Origin: Eledone cirrhosa
Taxonomy: Eukaryota
Assembly: GCA_964016885.1 (NCBI GenBank)
Contig: OZ024742.1
Coordinates: forward strand, 342,984,001 to 343,048,000
DNA: 64,000 nucleotides
Direction: 5' to 3'
Below are positions 55,301-64,000 of this stretch, in pieces. A program made the translations under genes and the position numbers. The notes beneath the pieces are model-generated. The model was not told where the DNA came from. It made no database searches and saw nothing but the letters and a program-made list of their open reading frames with translations. How positions within the stretch are numbered: position 1 is the stretch's first letter; every line of letters begins with the position of its first letter.

Positions 55301-58300
55301 ATTGGTATGAAGTATGTGATCTACAGTGGTATGAAGTATGTGATCTACAGTGGTATGAAGTATGTGATCTACAGTGGTATGAAGTATGTGATCTACAGTG
55401 GTATGAAGTATGTCAGCTCCAGTGGTATGAAGTATGTGATCTACAGTGGTATGAAGTATGTGATCTACAGTGGTATGAATTATGTTATCTACAGTGGTAT
55501 GAAGTATGTCAGCTCCAGTGGTATGAAGTATGTGATCTACAGTGGTATGAAGTATGTGATCTACAGTGGTATGAAGTATGTCAGCTCCAGTGGTATGAAG
55601 TATGTGATCTACAGTGGTATGAAGTATGTGATCTACAGTGGTATGAATATGTGATCTACAGTGGTATGAAGTATGTGATCTCCAGTAGTATGAAGTATGT
55701 GATCTACAGTGGTATGAAGTATGTGATCTACAGTGGTATGAAGTATGTGATCTACAGTGGTATGAAGTATGTGATCTACAGTGGTATGAAGTATGTGATC
55801 TACAGTGGTATGCAATATGTGATCTACAGTGGTATGAAGTATGTGATCTACAGTGGTATGAAGTATGTGATCTACAGTGGTATGAAGTATGTCAGCTCCA
55901 GTGGTATGAAGTATGTGATCTACAGTGGTATGAAGTATGTGATCTACAGTGGTATGAAGTATGTGATATCCTGTGGTATGAAGTATGTGATCTCCTGTGG
56001 TATGAAGTATGTGATATCGTGTGGTATGAAGTATGTGATATCCAGTGGTATGAAGTATGTGATATCGTGTGGTATGAAGTATGTGATCTACAGTGGTATG
56101 AAGTATGTGATATCCTGTGGTATGAAGTATGTGATATCCTGTGGTATGAAGTATGTGATCTCCAGTGGTATGAAGTATGTGATCTCCAGTGGTACGAAGT
56201 ATATGATCTACAGTGGTATGAAGTATGTGATATCCTGTGGTATGAAGTATGTGATCTACAGTGGTATGAAGTATGTGATCTCCAGTTGTATGAAGTATGT
56301 TATCTACAGTGGTATGAAGTATGTGATCTCCAGTGGTATGAAGTATGTGATAACCAGTGGTATGAAGTATGTGATATCCTGTGGTATGAAGTATGTGATC
56401 TACAGTGGTATGAAGTATGTGATCTCCAGTGGTATGAAGTATGTGATAACCTGTGGTATGAAGTATGTGATCTACAGTGGTATGAAGTATGTGATCTCCA
56501 GTGGTATGAAGTATGTCAGCTCCAGTGGTATGAAGTATGTGATCTCCAGTGGTATGAAGTATGTCAGCTCCAGTGGTATGAAGTATGTGATCTCCAGTGG
56601 TATGAAGTATGTGATCTCCTGTGGTATGAAGTATGTGATCTCCAGTGGTATGAAGTATGTGATCTCCAGTGGTACGAAGTATATGATCTACAGTGGTATG
56701 AAGTATGTGATATCCTGTGGTATGAAGTATGTGATCTACAGTGGTATGAAGTATGTGATCTCCAGTTGTATGAAGTATGTTATCTACAGTGGTATGAAGT
56801 ATGTGATCTCCAGTGGTATGAAGTATGTGATAACCAGTGGTATGAAGTATGTGATATCCTGTGGTATGAAGTATGTGATCTACAGTGGTATGAAGTATGT
56901 GATCTCCAGTTGTATGAAGTATGTGATAACCTGTGGTATGAAGTATGTGATATCCTGTGGTATGAAGTATGTGATCTACAGTGGTATGAAGTATGTGATC
57001 TCCAGTGGTATGAAGTATGTGATAACCTGTGGTATGAAGTATGTGATATCCTGTGGTATGAAGTATGTGATCTACAGTGGTATGAAGTATGTGATCTCCA
57101 GTGGTATGAAGTATGTCAGCTCCAGTGGTATGAAGTATGTGATCTCCAGTGGTATGAAGTATGTCAGCTCCAGTGGTATGAAGTATGTGATCTACAGTGG
57201 TATGAAGTATGTGATCTCCAGTGGTATGAAGTATGTGATAACCTGTGGTATGAAGTATGTGATATCCTGTGGTATGAAGTATGTGATCTACAGTGGTATG
57301 AAGTATGTGATCTCCAGTGGTATGAAGTATGTCAGCTCCAGTGGTATGAAGTATGTGATCTCCAGTGGTATGAAGTATGTCAGCTCCAGTGGTATGAAGT
57401 ATGTGATCTCCAGTGGTATGAAGTATGTGATCTCCTGTGGTATGAAGTATGTGATCTACAGTGGTATGAAGTATGTGATCTCCTGTGGTATGAAGTATGT
57501 GATCTACAGTGGTATGAAGTATGTGATCTACAGTGGTATGAAGTATGTGATCTACAGTGGTATGAAGTATGATATCTACAGTGGTATGAAGTATGTGATC
57601 TACAGTGGTATGAAGTATGTGATCTCCAGTGGTATGAAGCATGTCAGCTCCAGTGGTATGAAGTATGTGATCTACAGTGGTATGAAGTATGTGATCTCCA
57701 GTGGTATGAAGTATGTGATCTCCAGTGGTATGAAGTATGTGATCTCCAGTGGTATGAAGTATGTGATCTCCATTGGTATGAAGTATGTGATCTACAGTGG
57801 TATGAAGTATGTCAGCTCCAGTGGTATGAAGTATGTGATCTACAGTGGTATGAAGTATGTGATCTACAGTGGTATGAAGTATGTGATCTACAGTGGTATG
57901 AAGTATGTCAGCTCCAGTGGTATGAAGTATATGATCTACAGTGGTATGAAGTATGTGATCTACAGTGGTATGAAGTATGTGATCTACAGTGGTATGAAGT
58001 ATGTGATCTCCTGTCGTATGAAATATGTCAGCTCCAGTGGTATGAAGTATGTGATCTCCAGTGGTATGAAGTATGTGATCTCCAGTGGTATGAAATTTGT
58101 GATCTACAATGGTATGAAGTATGTGATCTCCAGTGGTATGAAGTATGTGATCTCCAGTGGTATGAAATATGTGATCTCTAGTGGTATGAAGTATGTGATC
58201 TCCAGTGGTATGAAGTATGTCATATCCTGTGGTATGAAGTATGTGAGCTCCAGTGGTATGAAGTATGTCAGCTCCAGTGGTATGAAGTATGTGATCTCCA

Positions 58301-61300
58301 GTGGTATGAAGTATGTTAGCTCCAGTGGTATGAAGTATGTGATCTACAGTGGTATGAAGTATGTCAGCTCCAGTGGTATGAAGTATGTGATCTACAGTGG
58401 TATGAATATGTGATCTACAGTGGTATGAAGTATGTGATCTCCTGTGGTATGAAGTATGTGATCTACAGTGGTATGAAGTATGTGATCTACAGTGGTATGA
58501 AGTATGTGATCTACAGTGGTATGAAGTATGTGATCTACAGTGGTATGCAGTATGTGATCTACAGTGGTATGAAGTATGTGATCTACAGTGGTATGAAGTA
58601 TCTGATCTACAGTGGTATGAAGTATGTCAGCTCCAGTGGTATGAAGTATGTGATCTACAGTGGTATGAAGTATGTGATCTACAGTGGTATGAAGTATGTG
58701 ATATCCTGTGGTATGAAGTATGTGATCTCCTGTGGTATGAAGTATGTGATATCCTGTGGTATGAAGTATGTGATATCCAGTGGTATGAAGTATGTGATCT
58801 ACAGTGGTATGAAGTATGTGATCTACAGTGGTATGAAGTATGTGATATCCTGTGGTATGAAGTATGTGATCTCCTGTGGTATGAAGTATGTGATATCCTG
58901 TGGTATGAAGTATGTGATATCCTGTGGTATGAAGTATGTGATCTACAGTGGTATGAAGTATGTGATATCCTGTGGTATGAAGTATGTGATCTCCAGTGGT
59001 ATGAAGTATGTGATATCCTGTGGTATGAAGTATGTGATATCCTGTGGTATGAAGTATGTGATCTACAGTGGTATGATGTATGTAATCTCCAGTGGTATGA
59101 AGTATGTGATCTACAGTGGTATGAAGTATGTAATCTCCAGTAGTATGAAGTATGTGATCTCCAGTGGTATGAAGTATGTGATCTCCAGTGGTATGAAGTA
59201 TGTGAACTCCAGTGGTATGAAGTATGTGATCTCCAGTGGTATGAAGTATATGATCTACAGTGGTATGAAGTATGTGATATCCTGTGGTATGAAGTATGTG
59301 ATCTACAGAGGTATGAAGTATGTGATCTCCAGTTGTATGAAGTATGTTATCTACAGTGGTATGAAGTATGTGATCTCCAGTGGTATGAAGTATGTGATAA
59401 CCAGTGGTATGAAGTATGTGATATCCTGTGGTATGAAGTATGTGATCTACAGTGGTATGAAGTATGTGATCTCCAGTGGTATGAAGTATGTGATAACCTG
59501 TGGTATGAAGTATGTGATATCCTGTGGTATGAAGTATGTGATCTACAGTGGTATGAAGTATGTGATCTCCAGTGGTATGAAGTATGTGATATCCTGTGGT
59601 ATGAAGTATGTGATATCCAGTGGTATGAAGTATGTGATCTACAGTGGTATGAAGTATGTGATCTACAGTGGTATGAAGTATGTGATCTCCAGTGGTATGA
59701 AGTATGTGATCTCCAGTGGTATGAAGTATGTGATATCCTGTGGTATGAAGTATGTGATCTCCAGTGGTATGAAGTATGTGATCTACAGTGGTATGAAGTA
59801 TGTAATCTCCAGTGGTATGATGTATGTGATCTCCAGTGGTATGAAGTATGTGATCTCCAGTGGTAGGAAGTATGTGTTCTACAGTGGTATGAAGTATGTA
59901 ATCTCCAGTGGTATGAAGTATGTGATCTACAGTGGTATGAAGTATGTGATCTACAGTGGTATGAAGTATGTGATCTACAGTGGTATGAAGTATGTGATCT
60001 CCAGTGGTATGAAGTATGTAATCTACAGTGGTATGAAGTATGTGATCTCCAGTGGTATGAAGTATGTGATCTCCTGTGGTATGAAATATGTCAGCTCCAG
60101 TGGTATGAAGTATGTGATCTCCAGTGGTATGAAGTATGTGATCTCCAGTTGTATGAAATATGTGATCTACAGTGGTATGAAGTATGTGATCTCCAGTGGT
60201 ATGAAGTATGTGATCTCCAGTGGTATGAAGTATGTGATCTCCAGTGGTATGAAGTATGTGATCTCCAGTGGTATGAAGTATGTGATATCCTGTGGTATGA
60301 AGTATGTCAGCTCCAGTGGTATGAAGTATGTGATCTCCAGTGGTATGAAATATGTGATCTACAGTGGTATGAAGTATGTTAGCTCCAGTGGTATGAAGTA
60401 TGTGATCTACAGTGGTATGAAGTATGTCAGCTCCAGTGGTATGAAGTATGTGATCTCCAGTGGTATGAAGTATGTGATCTCCTGTGGTATGAAGTATGTG
60501 ATCTACAGTGGTATGAAGTATGTGATCTACAGTGGTATGAAGTATGTGATCTACAGTGGTATGAAGTATGTGATCTACAGTGGTATGAAGTATGTGATCT
60601 ACAGTGGTATGAAGTATGTGATCTCCAGTGGTATGAAGCATGTCAGCTCCAGTGGTATGAAGTATGTGATCTACAGTGGTATGAAGTATGTGATCTCCAG
60701 TGGTATGAAGTATGTGATCTCCAGTGGTATGAAGTATGTGATCTCCAGTGGTATGAAGTATGTGATCTCCATTGGTATGAAGTATGTGATCTACAGTGGT
60801 ATGAAGTATGTCAGCTCCAGTGGTATGAAGTATGTGATCTACAGTGGTATGAAGTATGTGATCTACAGTGGTATGAAGTATGTGATCTACAGTGGTATGA
60901 AGTATGTCAGCTCCAGTGGTATGAAGTATATGATCTACAGTGGTATGAAGTATGTGATCTACAGTGGTATGAAGTATGTGATCTACAGTGGTATGAAGTA
61001 TGTCAGCTCCAGTGGTATGAAGTATGTGATCTACAGTGGTATGAAGTATGTAATCTACAGTGGTATGAAGTATGTGATCTCCAGTGGTATGAAGTATGTG
61101 ATCTCCTGTCGTATGAAATATGTCAGCTCCAGTGGTATGAAGTATGTGATCTGCAGTGGTATGAAGTATGTGATCTCCAGTGGTATGAAATTTGTGATCT
61201 ACAGTGGTATGAAGTATGTGATCTCCAGTGGTATGAAGTATGTGATCTCCAGTGATATGAAATATGTGATCTCTAGTGGTATGAAGTATGTGATCTCCAG

Positions 61301-64000
61301 TGGTATGAAGTATGTCATATCCTGTGGTATGAAGTATGTGAGCTCCAGTGGTAGGAAGTATGTCAGCTCCAGTGGTATGAAGTATGTGATCTCCAGTGGT
61401 ATGAAGTATGTTAGCTCCAGTGGTATGAAGTATGTGATCTACAGTGGTATGAAGTATGTCAGCTCCAGTGGTATGAAGTATGTGATCTACAATGGTATGA
61501 AGTATGTGATCTACAGTGGTATGAATATGTGATCTACAGTGGTATGAAGTATGTGATCTCCTGTGGTATGAAGTATGTGATCTACAGTGGTATGAAGTAT
61601 GTGATCTACAGTGGTATGAAGTATGTGATCTACAGTGGTATGAAGTATGTGATCTACAGTGGTATGCAGTATGTGATCTACAGTGGTATGAAGTATGTGA
61701 TCTACAGTGGTATGAAGTATCTGATCTACAGTGGTATGAAGTATGTCAGCTCCAGTGGTATGAAGTATGTGATCTACAGTGGTATGAAGTATGTGATCTA
61801 CAGTGGTATGAAGTATGTGATATCCTGTGGTATGAAGTATGTGATCTCCTGTGGTATGAAGTATGTGATATCCTGTGGTATGAAGTATGTGATATCCAGT
61901 GGTATGAAGTATGTGATCTACAGTGGTATGAAGTATGTGATCTACAGTGGTATGAAGTATGTGATATCCTGTGGTATGAAGTATGTGATCTCCTGTGGTA
62001 TGAAGTATGTGATATCCTGTGGTATGAAGTATGTGATATCCTGTGGTATGAAGTATGTGATCTACAGTGGTATGAAGTATGTGATATCCTGTGGTATGAA
62101 GTATGTGATCTCCAGTGGTATGAAGTATGTGATATCCTGTGGTATGAAGTATGTGATATCCTGTGGTATGAAGTATGTGATCTACAGTGGTATGATGTAT
62201 GTAATCTCCAGTGGTATGAAGTATGTGATCTACAGTGGTATGAAGTATGTAATCTCCAGTAGTATGAAGTATGTGATCTCCAGTGGTATGAAGTATGTGA
62301 TCTCCAGTGGTATGAAGTATGTGAACTCCAGTGGTATGAAGTATGTAATCTCCAGTGGTATGAAGTATGTGATTGTGGTATGAAGTATGTGATCTCCAGT
62401 AGTATGAAGTATTTCAGCTCCAGTGGTATGAATTATGTCAGCTCCAGTGGTATGAAGTATGTGATCTACAGTGGTATGAAGTATGTGATCTCCAGTGGTA
62501 TGAAGTATCTGATCTCCTGTGGTATGAAGTATGTGATCTACAGTGGTATGAAGTATGTGATATCCTGTGGTATAAAGTATGTGATCTCCAGTGGTAAGAA
62601 GTATGTGATCTCCAGTGGTATGAAGTATGTCATCTCCAGTGGTATGAAGTATGTGATCTCCAGTGGTATGAAGTATGTGATCTCCAGTGGTATGAAGTAT
62701 GTGATATCCAGTGGTATGAAGTATGTGATCTACAGTGGTATGAAGTATGTGATCTCCAGTGGTCTGAAGTATGTGATCTACAGTGGTATGAAGTATGTGA
62801 TATCCTGTGGTATGAAGTATGTGATCTCCAGTGGTATGAAGTATGTGATCTCCAGTGGTATGAAGTATGTGATCTCCAGTGGTATGAAGTATGTTAGCTC
62901 CAGTGGTATGAAGTATGTGATCTCCAGTGGTATGATGTATGTTATATCCTGTGGTATGAAGTATGTTATCTCCAGTGGTATGATGTATGTCAGCTCCAGT
63001 GGTATGAAGTATGTGATCTCCAGTGGTATGAAACATGTGATCTACAGTGGTATGAAGTATGTTAGCTCCAGTGGTATGAAGTATGTGATCTACAGTAGTA
63101 TGAAGTAAGTCAGCTCCAGTGGTATGAAGTATGTGATCTCCAGTGGTATGAAGTATGTCAGCTCCAGTGGTATGAAGTATGTGATCTACAGTGGTATGAA
63201 GTATGTGATCTACAGTGGTATGAAGTATGTGATCTACAGTGGTATGAAGTATGTCAGCTCCAGTGGTATGAAGTATATGATCTACAGTGGTATGAAGTAT
63301 GTGATCTACAGTGGTATGAAGTATGTGATCTACAGTGGTATGAAGTATGTCAGCTCCAGTGGTATGAAGTATGTGATCTACAGTGGTATGAAGTATGTAA
63401 TCTACAGTGGTATGAAGTATGTGATCTCCAGTGGTATGAAGTATGTGATCTCCTGTCGTATGAAATATGTCAGCTCCAGTGGTATGAAGTATGTGATCTC
63501 CAGTGGTATGAAGTATGTGATCTCCAGTGGTATGAAATTTGTGATCTACAGTGGTATGAAGTATGTGATCTCCAGTGGTATGAAGTATGTGATCTCCAGT
63601 GATATGAAATATGTGATCTCCAGTGGTATGAAGTATGTGATCTCCAGTGGTATGAAGTATGTCATATCCTGTGGTATGAAGTATGTGATCTCCAGTGGTA
63701 TGAAGTATGTCAGCTCCAGTGGTATGAAGTATGTGATCTCCAGTGGTATGAAGTATGTGATCTCCAGTGGTATGAAATATGTGATCTACAGTGGTATGAA
63801 GTATGTTAGCTCCAGTGGTATGAAGTATGTGATCTACAGTGGTATGAAGTATGTCAGCTCCAGTGGTATGAAGTATGTGATCTCTAGTGGTATGAAGTAT
63901 GTGATCTCCTGTGGTATGAAGTATGTGATCTACAGTGGTATGAAGTATTTGATCTACAGTGGTATGAAGTATGTGATCTACAGTGGTATGAAGTATGTGA
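48450..64000. repeat. Higher-order duplication with about 8.9-kb offset; second copy runs off the window end; internal 3119-bp periodicity
   Basis: ORF pairs 49466/58410, 52585/61529, 53436/62380 and 49448/58392 are offset by 8944 (373x24-8). 49466/52585 and 58410/61529 are offset by 3119. Shared private variants include TACAGAGG, GTGTTCTAC, GGTAAGAAG and AAGTAAGTC. Confidence 0.93.
56140..57100. repeat. Local 480-bp (20-monomer) tandem duplication
   Basis: GGTACGAAGTATATG at 56191 and 56671, each followed by AGTTGT...GTTATC and ATAACCAG in the same order. Confidence 0.85.

Larger units (their letters stand above)
1..64000. repeat. 24-bp tandem satellite/minisatellite array, consensus AGTGGTATGAAGTATGTGATCT(C/A)C, about 2668 monomers, single orientation, open at both window ends
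   Basis: Read directly: AGTGGT starts at 1 and the last monomer starts at 63982. Indels counted by eye (8 x -4 bp, 11+6+2+1 x -1 bp, 1 x +1 bp = -51) give 63981+51 = 64032 = 2668 x 24. The TCC-type monomer is A6 G7 T8 C3 (about 42% GC). No non-repeat sequence was seen. Confidence 0.99.

Noticed and set aside
7438-60382. YEVCDLQW-repeat ORFs as Cys-rich or metal-binding proteins
   Set aside because: Alternative frame of the same monomer; starts and stops come from sporadic variants.
8051-63036. Minus-strand HTTGDHIL, TYFIPLEI and HTSYHWRS ORFs as His-rich proteins
   Set aside because: Reverse-complement translations. They are reported only where a rare variant supplies a start codon (e.g. 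AAGCAT) and often end at indel monomers.
7-63108. Plus-strand MKYVISSG-repeat ORFs (up to 2015 aa) as protein-coding genes
   Set aside because: They are a direct translation of the monomer. They are broken by propagated stops (TAA at about 9564, 10644, 12487, 29566, 32060, 35971, 54281, 63106) and about 29 frameshifting indels. There are no unique domains and no synonymous-site bias.
1-64000. CRISPR-like array (16-bp constant repeat plus 8-bp variable spacer)
   Set aside because: The variable part is only 8 bp, drawn from a few related variants rather than unique spacers. There is no leader, no cas gene and no repeat hairpin.
1-64000. Dense GATC sites as a bacterial Dam/oriC or iteron signal
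   Set aside because: GATC is simply part of the monomer. No DnaA boxes, rep gene or any prokaryotic context is present.
1-64000. Whole array as a synthetic construct, information-storage code or rolling-circle sequencing artefact
   Set aside because: Shared, hierarchically inherited substitutions and indels at many offsets fit natural duplication history. A concatemer artefact would give one fixed period with random errors.
1-64000. Hidden insertion, inversion, transposon or RNA gene inside the array
   Set aside because: None seen on reading. The 24-bp phase is fully accounted for by the small indels listed, and no reverse-orientation monomer (CATACTTCATACCAC) was seen on the plus strand.

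Overview
The whole 64-kb window is one uninterrupted head-to-tail tandem array (satellite or large minisatellite) of a 24-bp monomer, consensus AGTGGTATGAAGTATGTGATCT(C/A)C. I saw no unique DNA, inversion, inserted element or credible gene, and the array runs off both ends. My hand inventory of indels (net -51 bp) matches the repeat phase at both ends exactly and gives 2668 complete monomers plus 19 bp. About 16 bp (GTGGTATGAAGTATGT) are nearly invariant. An 8-bp slot carries a small set of variant types (GATCTCCA, GATCTACA, CAGCTCCA, GATATCCT, GATCTCCT and rarer forms). Rare substitutions and recurrent indels act as barcodes and reveal nested, irregular higher-order duplications with offsets of about 120, 480, 840, 936-960, 1824, 2207-2328, 2494, 2923-3043, 3119, 3719, 6355-6379 and 8825-9040 bp. 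All ORFs in the track (MKYVISSG, YEVCDLQW, HTTGDHIL, TYFIPLEI, HTSYHWRS repeats) follow from a 24-bp unit lacking stops in most frames and are not called as genes. A eukaryotic origin is likely but is inference. I do not recognise the repeat family and cannot assign a host or chromosomal location. The sequence does not support a new gene-encoded system; the interest lies in the array architecture and history.
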